DNA of 64,000 nucleotides from an uncultured Eubacteriales bacterium (GTDB taxonomy: Bacteria; Bacillota; Clostridia; Oscillospirales; UBA644). Shown here piece after piece: positions 18,999 to 27,914 of the stretch. Numbering within the stretch: position 1 is the stretch's first letter; each line of letters begins with the position of its first letter. The notes beneath the pieces were generated by a model. It ran no database searches. It was not told the DNA's origin and was given only the letters and a program-made list of their open reading frames with translations. Location: positions 26,582 through 90,581 of the forward strand of contig CAKSFN010000011.1 in assembly GCA_934454405.1 (NCBI GenBank), given 5' to 3'. Made by a program: the position numbers and the translations under genes.

Positions 18999-21113
18999 TT
19001 ATTCTTTAACTCTCATTGTTCTGAGCGCGTTGATGACCGCGATGACCATAACGCCGACATCGGCGAAAACCGCCAGCCAAATCGGTGCGATGCCGCACGC
19101 GCCGAGAATGAGAACGGCAACTTTTACGGCGATTGCAAAAACGATGTTTTCGCGAACGATCCGCACGGTCTTTTTGCAGATTCTGATTGCCGTTGCGAGT
19201 TTTGACGGCTTGTCGTCCATTATAACCGCGTCCGCCGCTTCAACCGCCGCGTCCGACCCTATGCCGCCCATCGCCACTCCGATGTCAGCCCTTGTCAGCA
19301 CGGGCGCGTCGTTTATTCCGTCTCCGACGAACGCAAGCTTTCTGTTTTCTTCGCGCGCGAGAAGCTTTTCGACTTCTTCAACTTTCTGCTCGGGTAGTAA
19401 TCCCGCGCGTATTTCGTCAATTCCGAGCGCGCCGCCCACCTGTTCGGCAACGTCGGGTCTGTCTCCCGTCAGCATAACCGTTTTGCGAACGCCCTCTTCT
19501 TTAAGGCGGTGGATCGCCAAAGAAGAGTCTTCTTTGACCGTATCCGCAATAACGATGTGTCCTACATAGTTGCCGTCAACGGTAACGTGAACTATCGTGC
19601 CGTGCAAATGGCAGTTTTTCCACTGCGCACCGCGCGAATTCATCAGCCTGTCATTGCCGACGCAGACTTCTTTTCCGTCAACGAGAACCGTAACGCCGTG
19701 TCCCGGAATCTCTCTGACCTGCGTTATTCTTGCAGTGTCGGGCTCTTTGCCGTAAGCCGCGCGAAGCGAAACGGATATCGGGTGCGAGGAGAAACATTCC
19801 GCAAGCGTCGCGTATTCAAGCAGCTCGTTTTCCGAAATGCTCGTCGGGTGAACTGCCGAGACCATAAAAGCGCCTTTTGTCAGCGTTCCCGTTTTGTCGA
19901 AAACAACGCTTTTTATCTCTGCTATCGACTCTACGGTTTGCGAGCTCTTTATCAGTATTCCTGCTTTTGACGCGCCGCCGATGCCTCCGAAAAACGAAAG
20001 CGGAACGGAAATTACGAGCGCGCAGGGGCAGGATATAACAAGGAAAGTCAACGCTCTCTTTATCCATTCGCTCCAAACCGCCCAACTGCCAATGCCGAGA
20101 AACAGCGGGGGAATGACAGCGAGCAGAAGCGCTCCGATAACGACTATCGGCGTGTAAACTTTTGCAAAGCGCGAAATGAATTTTTCCGCGTGCGCCTTTT
20201 TCGATGATTCGGAGTTGACTATTTCGAGGATTTTTGCCGCCGCGGACTGCCCGAAAGGCTTATCGACACGTATTTTCAGCACGCCGCCCGCATTGACAAA
20301 GCCGCTCTTTACCTCGTCGCCGGCTTCCGCCGAACGCGGCATGCTTTCGCCCGTCAGCGCAACGGTGTCAAGCGAGGATGTCCCTTCCGTAACCGTTCCG
20401 TCAAGCGGGATCTTTTCGCCGGGATAAACAACTATCGTTTCTCCGACTTCGACCTCTTCGGGGGAAACCGTTTCTTCTTTTCCGCCGCGCAGAACTCTTG
20501 CCGTATCGGGACGGATATCCATAAGCTTTTCGATATTTTTTCTGCTTTTTCCGACCGCGATATCCTCGAACAGCTCGCCCACCTTGAAGAATATCATAAC
20601 GAAAACCGCTTCGGGATAGTCTGCCGTCACAAACGCGCCTATTGTCGCTGTCGCCATAAGAAAGTTTTCGTCAAAAATCTTTCCGTGCGCGATATTTTCG
20701 GCGGATTCTTTCAGAATGTCAAAGCCCGCGATAAGGTAGGGAACGGCATATATCAGTATCTGCGCCCAAACGGGAAGATCCGTGAAAATGACTTTTGTAA
20801 TAAGAACCGCAACGCCGAGCAGCGCCGCCGAAACACAGAGAAGGATTATCGTTTTTTTGTTGTCCTCTCCGTCTGCGTGGCCGTGACAATGCCCGCAGGC
20901 GCAGCCGTCGTCGCCGTGACCCGCCTCTTCATCGTGGTTGTGATTCTCATTGTGTTCATGCCCGCAGCAATCATCGCGGTCGTGACGGTGTTCGCGGTGT
21001 TCATGTCCGCAGCAAGCATCATGGTCGTGACGGTGTTCGCGGTGTTTATGTCCGCAGCCGCAGTCCCTTTCTTTGCGCTGATCCGTAACGGTCTTTTTTT
21101 CTTCCGCGCTCAT
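18999..21113 (-). CDS. P1B-type heavy-metal translocating ATPase (Zn/Cd/Co-type) with a His/Cys-rich N-terminus
   Basis: 704 aa. Motifs present: TGESMP, SCPCALV (CPC), DKTGTLT, GDGINDAP. The N-terminal ~85 aa are His/Cys/Asp-rich repeats rather than a ferredoxin-fold HMA domain. Confidence 0.9.
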   Translation of the reverse strand: MSAEEKKTVTDQRKERDCGCGHKHREHRHDHDACCGHEHREHRHDRDDCCGHEHNENHNHDEEAGHGDDGCACGHCHGHADGEDNKKTIILLCVSAALLGVAVLITKVIFTDLPVWAQILIYAVPYLIAGFDILKESAENIAHGKIFDENFLMATATIGAFVTADYPEAVFVMIFFKVGELFEDIAVGKSRKNIEKLMDIRPDTARVLRGGKEETVSPEEVEVGETIVVYPGEKIPLDGTVTEGTSSLDTVALTGESMPRSAEAGDEVKSGFVNAGGVLKIRVDKPFGQSAAAKILEIVNSESSKKAHAEKFISRFAKVYTPIVVIGALLLAVIPPLFLGIGSWAVWSEWIKRALTFLVISCPCALVISVPLSFFGGIGGASKAGILIKSSQTVESIAEIKSVVFDKTGTLTKGAFMVSAVHPTSISENELLEYATLAECFSSHPISVSLRAAYGKEPDTARITQVREIPGHGVTVLVDGKEVCVGNDRLMNSRGAQWKNCHLHGTIVHVTVDGNYVGHIVIADTVKEDSSLAIHRLKEEGVRKTVMLTGDRPDVAEQVGGALGIDEIRAGLLPEQKVEEVEKLLAREENRKLAFVGDGINDAPVLTRADIGVAMGGIGSDAAVEAADAVIMDDKPSKLATAIRICKKTVRIVRENIVFAIAVKVAVLILGACGIAPIWLAVFADVGVMVIAVINALRTMRVKE

Positions 21114-21128
21114 AATATATACTCTCCT

Positions 21129-21467
21129 TTATTCGGATATGTGTTCAAGTCCCTGATCGAGAATGGAGCGAACGTGATCGTCCGCGAGCGAATAAAACAC
21201 GGTTTTTCCCTCTCGTCTGTATTTGACAAGATGCGCCTGTTTTAATACTTTTAACTGATGTGAGATAGCCGAGGTCGTCATATTCAGAACCTGCGCGAGG
21301 TCTCCCACGCACATTTCCGCCTCAAACAGAACGTACAGAATCCTTATCCGCGTGCTGTCCCCGAATACCTTGTAAAGCTCCGCGAGGTCGTAGAGCAGCT
21401 CCTCGTCCGGCATTTCGCTGTTGACCTTATCTATTGTTTCCTGATGCGCGTGCATATACTCCTCCAT
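21129..21467 (-). CDS. ArsR/SmtB-family metalloregulator (CzrA/CadC-like)
   Basis: 112 aa, starting at ATG 21467 (MEEYMHAHQE) preceded by AAGGAG. HTH LFEAEMCVGDLAQVLNMTTSAISHQLKVLK. The C-terminal DDHVRSILDQGLEHISE fits a DxH-x10-H-x2-E alpha-5 metal site. The gene lies 15 nt upstream of the ATPase. Confidence 0.85.
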   Translation of the reverse strand: MEEYMHAHQETIDKVNSEMPDEELLYDLAELYKVFGDSTRIRILYVLFEAEMCVGDLAQVLNMTTSAISHQLKVLKQAHLVKYRREGKTVFYSLADDHVRSILDQGLEHISE

Positions 21468-21500
21468 AACAGGTCTCCTTCGGCAAGACATTTCGATATT

Positions 21501-21514
21501 TGAATGATTGTTCA
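21501..21514. promoter_or_regulatory. candidate ArsR-family operator (imperfect palindrome TGAATGA|TTGTTCA)
   Basis: An inverted repeat centred between the -10 box and the arsR start. It resembles TGAACA-type SmtB/CzrA operators. Confidence 0.45.
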
Positions 21515-21527
21515 AGTGTTCGATTGG

Positions 21528-21556
21528 ATTATACCACCGAATTTCGGTTTTGTCAA
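21528..21556 (-). promoter_or_regulatory. sigma-A promoter of the arsR-ATPase operon (TTGACA-17-TATAAT, TGn)
   Basis: On the minus strand, TTGACA (21556-21551), a 17-nt spacer ending in TGG, and TATAAT (21533-21528). Confidence 0.7.
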
Positions 21557-21706
21557 TACCTTTCCGGCATATTTTCCCCGTTTTTTGCAAAAACTTTATG
21601 GGAAGACCCCGAAAACGCGGTTTTGTATCGCAAAAACATCTTGTTTTGCAAGAAAAAGCGATGTTTTCGGCAGACAAAAGCCTTTTTGCGAACGGAGGAT
21701 AAGCGG

Positions 21707-23113
21707 ATGAAGATAGATGCAGAACTTGACGAGAACATAAAAAATACCGATTCGGAGCTTTGCGTCCGGAAGAACTTTGACGTTGTGGTGCGTCTGTTTT
21801 CGGTCTGCGGCAGAAGCGCGTGCGTGTATTATATCGACGGCTATGCAGACGACGGGATCTGTTCGAAGTTTTTTGAGACGCTGCAGAATATCGACGACGA
21901 AAAAAAGCTGGAAAACGCGACGGTTTTTTCAAGAGCGTGTATTCCTTTCGGAGATATTGTTCTTCGAACGGAGATATCAGACGCGTGCGCCGACGTTCTT
22001 TCCGGGCGGACGCTTCTTTTCGTCGAGGGGCTCGACGTCGGTTTTTGCGTTGATTTCAGAAAATATCCGCAACGCTCCGTCGGCGAGCCCGACAAGGAAA
22101 AGGTCATGCGCGGTTCAAAGGACAGTTTTGTGGAGTCCCTGACGATGAACGCCGCGCTTCTTCGCCGCCGCATACGGAGCGGTGAATTGCATATCGAATA
22201 TTTCAACGTCGGACGGGTATCCAAAACCGATGTCGCCGTTTGTTATCTCAACGACAGAGTCAACAAAAAGCATCTTGATATACTGAAAAAGAAGATCCGT
22301 TCTATAAAAACCGACGCGCTGACGATGAATCAGCAGTCGCTTGCCGACCTTCTGATAAAAAGGACGTGGATCGACCCTTTTCCGAAATTCCGTTATACGG
22401 AACGTGTCGATACCGCCTCCGCGCAGGTGACGGAGGGCGACATTCTCGTGATGGTAGACAACGCGCCGTCCGTTATGATGATGCCCGTCACGCTTTTCGA
22501 CGTTATGGAAGAAGCGAACGATTATTATTTCCCGCCTCTGACGGGAACTTATCTGCGGCTTGTACGTTATGTCGTAACTCTTTTTACGACGTTTATGACG
22601 CCCCTTTGGCTGCTCTGCCTCGCTTACCCCGAAAGCGTTCCCGAAACGCTCCGTTTCATTCTTCTCGACAAGCCCCCCAACATTCCCGTTATCGTTCAGC
22701 TGATAATTCTCGAAATCGCGGTTGACGGTCTGAAGCTCGCCTCGCTTAACACCCCCTCGATGATGACGACCTCAATGAGCATGATAGGCGGTATAATCGT
22801 CGGCGATTTTGCCGTAAAATCGGGCTGGTTCAATGCCGAATGCATGCTTTATATGGCTGTTGTCGCGCTTGCGAACTTCAGTCTGCCGAGCACGGAAATG
22901 AGTTACGCGCTGAAATTTGTCCGCATAGTCTGCCTTCTCACAACGTACTTTTTCGGCTTGTGGGGCTTTGTCGGCGGCGTTGTTTTTTGTTTTCTTTCCG
23001 TCGCGCTCAACCGTTCTCTGTTCGGCTTCACTTTTCTTTATCCGCTTATCCCCTTCAACGGAAAACGCCTGCTGAAAAAGTTTTTCAGGTTAAAACTCCG
23101 TTCGGACGAATAA
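21707..23113 (+). CDS. GerA-family spore germination protein (A subunit / SpoVAF-like), orphan
   Basis: 468 aa from ATG 21707, after GGAGGA. It has a soluble N-terminal domain plus a C-terminal 4-5 TM region typical of GerXA proteins (YFPPLTGTYLRLVRY, LILEIAVDGLKLAS). No B or C subunit gene is adjacent. Confidence 0.8.
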   Translation: MKIDAELDENIKNTDSELCVRKNFDVVVRLFSVCGRSACVYYIDGYADDGICSKFFETLQNIDDEKKLENATVFSRACIPFGDIVLRTEISDACADVLSGRTLLFVEGLDVGFCVDFRKYPQRSVGEPDKEKVMRGSKDSFVESLTMNAALLRRRIRSGELHIEYFNVGRVSKTDVAVCYLNDRVNKKHLDILKKKIRSIKTDALTMNQQSLADLLIKRTWIDPFPKFRYTERVDTASAQVTEGDILVMVDNAPSVMMMPVTLFDVMEEANDYYFPPLTGTYLRLVRYVVTLFTTFMTPLWLLCLAYPESVPETLRFILLDKPPNIPVIVQLIILEIAVDGLKLASLNTPSMMTTSMSMIGGIIVGDFAVKSGWFNAECMLYMAVVALANFSLPSTEMSYALKFVRIVCLLTTYFFGLWGFVGGVVFCFLSVALNRSLFGFTFLYPLIPFNGKRLLKKFFRLKLRSDE

Positions 23114-23171
23114 TCCCTTCATACGGAGTAATATCCTCTCGCCGAACGGGCGGTTTTATTTGATAAAAAAG

Positions 23172-23210
23172 AGAAAGACCCGAATGAAAAGTCCGGTCTT
23201 TCTTTTTTTT
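23172..23210 (+). terminator. intrinsic terminator after the gerA-family gene
   Basis: AGAAAGACC...GGTCTTTCT stem followed by a run of T. Confidence 0.75.
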
Positions 23211-23219
23211 CTCTGTCTA

Positions 23220-23248
23220 TTGCTTTTTTTGTATATTTATGATATAAT
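23220..23248 (+). promoter_or_regulatory. sigma-A-like promoter (TTGCTT-17-TATAAT)
   Basis: TTGCTT at 23220-23225, a 17-nt spacer and TATAAT at 23243-23248, upstream of the acyltransferase-like gene. Confidence 0.5.
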
Positions 23249-23310
23249 TATTCTGTATGAAATAAAATAATCACGGACATCAAATCAAAAGTCGAAGGGG
23301 AACGAGGAAG

Positions 23311-24156
23311 ATGAGAGCAGACGGCAAAAGGATAAGGAACGAAAGCCCGATGTATACCGTCGCGGCGCATATTATGAGCAAGAGGGTCGATTCGATGAAT
23401 ATGATAACCATTGACGTTCCCGTTGCTCCGATGCAGGAATATATCAGAGAACACAAAGCGGACGAACACCCCGTAACGCACATGGGGCTTATCGTCGCCG
23501 CATATCTGCGCACCGCCGCGGAGTTTCCCTCTCTCAACCGCTTTATCGTCAACAAAAATCTTTATGCGAGAAAAGAGTTCTGTATCGGGCTCGTCGTTCT
23601 TAAAGAGGGCAAGGATGCCGACGGAACGATGTCGAAGGTGTATTTTGAGCCGACGGACGATATTTTTACGGTTCAACGCAAGATCGACGAATACATTGTC
23701 GAAAACAGATCGCAGCCTCAGGACAACGGAACCGAAAAAATGATCCGTTTTCTGCTTTCGATTCCCGGGCTTTGCCGTTTCGGCGTCAATCTTTTCAAAT
23801 GGGCGGACAAACACGGCTTTCTCCCGAGAAAAATCATTGAGATGAGCCCGTTCCACGCAAGTCTGCTGCTTTCCAATCTCGCATCTATCAGAACGAACCA
23901 TATTTATCACCACGTTTACGAGTTCGGAACGACCTCGATATCCGTTACGATGGGCAATCTGCGCGAGGTTCCGAGAAGAAAGACGGACGGCATCGAGTTT
24001 GAAAGATGTCTGCCGCTCGGCATAGTTATGGACGAACGGATAGCGTCGGGCAGTTATTTTGCGCTTGCTTTCCGTCAGTTCAGCAGATATCTGAAAAACC
24101 CCCATCTGCTCGAAGGCGAACCGAAGGTTTATAAAAAGGACGCCTGCTTCAAATGA
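23311..24156 (+). CDS. stand-alone 2-oxoacid dehydrogenase E2 / CAT-fold acyltransferase catalytic-domain protein (active-site His replaced)
   Basis: 281 aa. The C-terminal LGIVMDERIASGSYFALAFRQFSRYLKNPHLL aligns to the E2 motif DHRxxDG...F...L..P..L. There is no lipoyl or PSBD domain. Confidence 0.6.
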   Translation: MRADGKRIRNESPMYTVAAHIMSKRVDSMNMITIDVPVAPMQEYIREHKADEHPVTHMGLIVAAYLRTAAEFPSLNRFIVNKNLYARKEFCIGLVVLKEGKDADGTMSKVYFEPTDDIFTVQRKIDEYIVENRSQPQDNGTEKMIRFLLSIPGLCRFGVNLFKWADKHGFLPRKIIEMSPFHASLLLSNLASIRTNHIYHHVYEFGTTSISVTMGNLREVPRRKTDGIEFERCLPLGIVMDERIASGSYFALAFRQFSRYLKNPHLLEGEPKVYKKDACFK

Positions 24157-24174
24157 TTTCGAGGTGAATTTATA

Positions 24175-25608
24175 ATGGAATGGCTTCGGGAATACGACAA
24201 AACGCGCAGAAGCAAATGGACGTTTGTTTCGCTTGACGGAGAAACGCTTTATTTGAAGGATGAGCTGTCCTTTGCCGTTCTTTATGCGAGATGCCGCGTG
24301 GAAGGTCTTTCCGTGAAGGCGGAAAAGGTGACGGACGCCGCCGCCTTTGATTTTTTGAAGGACGAAAAGGTTTCTTTCCGCTGCGAGAGCGAGCTTCCTT
24401 CGGGACAGCGCAGGATTTCAAACGAGATATGCGCCGTTTCCGGTTTTGAACTGAAATGCGTTTTTGCCGACTATACCGCAGAGCTGTGTCTTTCCACGCG
24501 CTTCGGCAGCAAAATGACCCGCCCCGCCGAGCTTTGCCTTGATGTTGCGAAGGTGCTTGTTTCCAAAAACGAGATCACGGGCGGAACGGCGCTGACGCAG
24601 GGAGAAAAGGAGCTTCTGCCCGCCGCTTACGCCATAAGATTTCTTATGCAGGGCGCGTGCGGCGTCAGCCTGAACCTGAAAGACGATAAGGCGGAGCTTA
24701 TGAAGCCCGTTTTGGATGCGTTTCCGGACGCCGAATACGTTGCGGAACTGATGAGCCTTGAAAAAAAAGCCGACCCGAAGACGAAAAAAAGGCTTGAAAA
24801 GAGGTTTTCGGAGATTGCCTGCTCGTATAACGGACATATATTTTTCTCAAACCTCATGCGCCGTTTTTCCGACGCGACCGCGCCGCTGAAAGAGCCCCGC
24901 GGAAGAAAAGCGAGAGAAAGAATAAGCGAAAAGCTGAAACAACTCGGTTATGAAGGCACATATCCCTATTTCAGAAAAGAAAAGAACGGAACGTTCCGTT
25001 ACATCGCATTCGCGGAATACCGCCGCATTAAAAACGGAAGGGACGGGCTTCGCGCGTTGATCCGCTGCGGCGCGATGCAGGCAAGCCGCGACGGAACCGC
25101 TTACGGCGTTCCTTTTGAAAAAAGCCGAATATACGATACGGCGTTCGTTTCGGAGGGACGCAACATTTCGCTTGAAACGGTGGATCTCGACACGGACACC
25201 GAAGATTTTATAAACGAAACGCTTGTAACCGCCAACGCACTGTTTGACGGCGTGAAAATCCCGCGTTCCTATTCAAAAACGCACCGTCATCTCCGTTCTT
25301 CCTACAGGCGTTCCGTTTTTCAGTCTTTTTGGACGGCGCTTCTCGTCTTTATCGTTTCGGGCGCGCTTGTTTCCGCGGTGTTGACCGCTTTGATTGCGGG
25401 CGCGGCGACGGGCATAGCCGCGATTTACAGCGTTGTTTCGGGAGATTCCGGATATGTCGGGTGGTTTATATGGGCTCGCGGAAGCTGGCTCGACGTCGGA
25501 CTTGTGATCTTTCTTGCAGCGGGGTTTGTCTTTGCGAAGAGCGTCCGCTCGTCAATGACCAAGCCCTTAAAAATCAGAATTAAAAAATATAAAAACAAGG
25601 CAAAATAA
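24175..25608 (+). CDS. hypothetical protein with a cytoplasmic N-domain and a C-terminal 2-3 TM anchor
   Basis: 477 aa; RBS GAGGTGA. Hydrophobic C-terminus: FWTALLVFIVSGALVSAVLTALIAGAATGIAAIY ... LDVGLVIFLAAGFVF. I recognise no domain. Confidence 0.55.
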   Translation: MEWLREYDKTRRSKWTFVSLDGETLYLKDELSFAVLYARCRVEGLSVKAEKVTDAAAFDFLKDEKVSFRCESELPSGQRRISNEICAVSGFELKCVFADYTAELCLSTRFGSKMTRPAELCLDVAKVLVSKNEITGGTALTQGEKELLPAAYAIRFLMQGACGVSLNLKDDKAELMKPVLDAFPDAEYVAELMSLEKKADPKTKKRLEKRFSEIACSYNGHIFFSNLMRRFSDATAPLKEPRGRKARERISEKLKQLGYEGTYPYFRKEKNGTFRYIAFAEYRRIKNGRDGLRALIRCGAMQASRDGTAYGVPFEKSRIYDTAFVSEGRNISLETVDLDTDTEDFINETLVTANALFDGVKIPRSYSKTHRHLRSSYRRSVFQSFWTALLVFIVSGALVSAVLTALIAGAATGIAAIYSVVSGDSGYVGWFIWARGSWLDVGLVIFLAAGFVFAKSVRSSMTKPLKIRIKKYKNKAK

Positions 25609-25622
25609 AGGAGTTCCCCGAA

Positions 25623-26912
25623 ATGAACATCAGTCAAACGCAGGAAGCGATAGGCAAAAAGGAATACGAAGAGCTGTTCGCAAAGCTTTACGGAAAAGAA
25701 AACGTTCCCTCTCAGAAAGAACGTTACATAAATCTTCTCAGGCATTATGAAAAAGCGTTCGGAGACGCGCAGGTCAGCCTGTTCAGCTCTCCCGGCAGAA
25801 CCGAGATATGCGGCAACCATACCGACCATAATCACGGAAAGGTTCTTGCGGCAAGCATCAATCTCGATTGCATCTGCGCTGCGGCGAAAAACAGCGAAAA
25901 CGTTATACGCATAACGGATATAACATACAGAGAGTCCTTTTCCGTCAACCTTTCCGACCTTGAAAAAGTTCCCGGCGAAAGAGGGTCGGTCGGGCTTATA
26001 AAGGGAATTTCAAAAGCCCTCAAAAACTTCGGCTTCAGGCTCGGCGGCTTTAACGCGTGCGTGACCTCCTCCGTTATCCGTGCCGCAGGCGTCAGCAGCT
26101 CGGCATCCTTCGAGATGCTTATCTGCGCGGTTCTCAACGAGTTTTATAATGACGGGAAGATCGACGCCGTTACCTATGCAAGAAGCGGTCAGTACGCCGA
26201 AAACGTGTACTGGGACAAGGCTTCGGGACTTCTCGACCAGATGACCTGCGCCGTCGGCGGAATGATAGCTATAGACTTCAAGGACCCGACAAAGCCCGTT
26301 GTTGAGAAGATAGATTTTGACTTCGCAAAGCAGGGATATAATCTCGTTATAGTAAACACCGGCAAAAGCCACGCGGATCTGAACGCGGATTATTCATCCG
26401 TGCCTTCCGAAATGAAAAGCGTTGCGCAGGCGCTCGGATATGACGTGTGCCGTCAGATCACGGTTGAGGATATTGAAAAGAATCTTTCCGCTCTTCGCGA
26501 AAAGGTCGGCGACAGAGCCGTGCTTCGCGCGCTTCACTTCCTTGCGGAGAACGACCGCGTGGACGCGCAGATAAAAGCCCTTAAAAGCGGTGATTTCGAC
26601 GCGTTTTTACATAACGTGACGTCGTCGGGCAATTCTTCGTGGAAATGGCTTCAAAACTGCTATTCTCCCGCAAACTGCAACGAACAGGGCATAACGGTTG
26701 CGCTCGCTTTCACCGAAATGTATCTTTCCGGGATCGGAAAAGGAGCGTGCCGCGTTCACGGCGGCGGATTTGCCGGCGTTATTGCCGTATTTCTTCCTGC
26801 CGAAAAAGCGGACGACTACATTGATTATATAGAAGGTCTTCTCGGAAAGGGAAACGCGTATAAAATGAATATCCGCGATTACGGCGCCGTCTGCCTGGAC
26901 GATATTGTTTGA
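25623..26912 (+). CDS. galK: galactokinase (GHMP kinase)
   Basis: Galactokinase signature SSPGRTEICGNHTDHNHG and GHMP ATP motif AAGVSSSASFE. 429 aa; RBS AAAGGAG. Confidence 0.85.
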   Translation: MNISQTQEAIGKKEYEELFAKLYGKENVPSQKERYINLLRHYEKAFGDAQVSLFSSPGRTEICGNHTDHNHGKVLAASINLDCICAAAKNSENVIRITDITYRESFSVNLSDLEKVPGERGSVGLIKGISKALKNFGFRLGGFNACVTSSVIRAAGVSSSASFEMLICAVLNEFYNDGKIDAVTYARSGQYAENVYWDKASGLLDQMTCAVGGMIAIDFKDPTKPVVEKIDFDFAKQGYNLVIVNTGKSHADLNADYSSVPSEMKSVAQALGYDVCRQITVEDIEKNLSALREKVGDRAVLRALHFLAENDRVDAQIKALKSGDFDAFLHNVTSSGNSSWKWLQNCYSPANCNEQGITVALAFTEMYLSGIGKGACRVHGGGFAGVIAVFLPAEKADDYIDYIEGLLGKGNAYKMNIRDYGAVCLDDIV

Positions 26913-26966
26913 GATATTTGATTTTTTTCTTTCCGAAAAAACCGTTTCAGAAAGGGGACGAAAAAA

Positions 26967-27809
26967 ATGAGACATAAAAAAGCGAAAATGCTCGCTTGTT
27001 TTGCGCTTGCGCTCGTTTCGGCTTTTTCTTTCGCTTCATGCTCCGGAAAAACGGAGTTCAAACCCGAAAAAACGACGGGAGGCGCGTCCGCAGGGAATGA
27101 CGTCGTTTCCGAATCCGTCGGAAAAGAGGTTTTCGGACTGAAAAAGCTTTCCGACGACAGCGTGGAGCGCGTTGCCGTTGCGTTGAACCCCGAAAATATT
27201 TCAAAAGACGGTATCTGGAAGGAACACGCATTCGCCGTTGTCGAGCGTGAAAAGAACGCGACCGTTTTGACTTTCAGCCTCCCGTTCCGGCGGGAAGACG
27301 ACGTGGATTTCTTCGAGAATTTCCGCGAGGAGGACAGCGTTCAGTATTCCTCCGACAAAAGAACGGTCTTCTCCGTCGCTCTCGGCTCGAAAAGCGAGAA
27401 CCGCGTTTCAGTTCTGTATATCGCCGATAAAAACGAAGTAAAGCTTCTTCCGTGGGGACAGTATATGTCCGCGGGCGACCGCTTCGTTTATCTCGAAAGC
27501 GACGCAGCCTCCGGCAAAAACAGAAAGATCTGTCTTTACAGCCTTGACGGTGAGTTTGAAAAGACCGTCGCGGGCGAAACAAGCATAGACACCGTTTGCT
27601 GTATCGGCGATTCAAAGCTCTTTTACGCGTGCGCCGAAAAGGGAGAAGCCGAGAATGAAAAGGAGCTGACTTACAGGGTCTACCGCTATGACCTCGAAAC
27701 CGAGGAACAGACGCAGCTGACCGAGTTCACCGCCTACTACATAACGGGAATGGACGATTCCCGTATTATATGCTACGGCGCGGACGGAGAAAAAATCGTT
27801 AATTATTAA
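26967..27809 (+). CDS. lipoprotein, unknown function
   Basis: Lipobox signal MRHKKAKMLACFALALVSAFSFASCS. 280 aa. Confidence 0.6.
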   Translation: MRHKKAKMLACFALALVSAFSFASCSGKTEFKPEKTTGGASAGNDVVSESVGKEVFGLKKLSDDSVERVAVALNPENISKDGIWKEHAFAVVEREKNATVLTFSLPFRREDDVDFFENFREEDSVQYSSDKRTVFSVALGSKSENRVSVLYIADKNEVKLLPWGQYMSAGDRFVYLESDAASGKNRKICLYSLDGEFEKTVAGETSIDTVCCIGDSKLFYACAEKGEAENEKELTYRVYRYDLETEEQTQLTEFTAYYITGMDDSRIICYGADGEKIVNY

Positions 27810-27825
27810 ACTCAAACACAGTATA

Positions 27826-27863
27826 AAAGATACCTGCCGACAAGCTTTTCGGCAGGTATCTTT
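27826..27863. terminator. bidirectional terminator hairpin
   Basis: Perfect 15-bp stem AAAGATACCTGCCGA...TCGGCAGGTATCTTT between convergent genes. Confidence 0.75.
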
Positions 27864-27914
27864 ATGCTGTTTTTCGGTTTTTACATTCCGGGCATTTTTA
27901 ACATTCCCATTTCT

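Noticed and set aside
20978-21058. Direct DNA repeats that could be mistaken for a CRISPR-like or VNTR element.
   Set aside because: There are only two copies, they are in frame, and they lie inside the ATPase CDS, where they encode the His/Cys-rich motif. They are a coding duplication, not a CRISPR array.
21468-21932. 155-aa N-terminal extension of the ArsR ORF, and a 69-aa extension of the gerA-family ORF (21500-21706).
   Set aside because: The two extensions overlap each other on opposite strands across the promoter/operator region. Both true starts have strong RBSs (AAGGAG and GGAGGA), and the resulting proteins have family-typical lengths.
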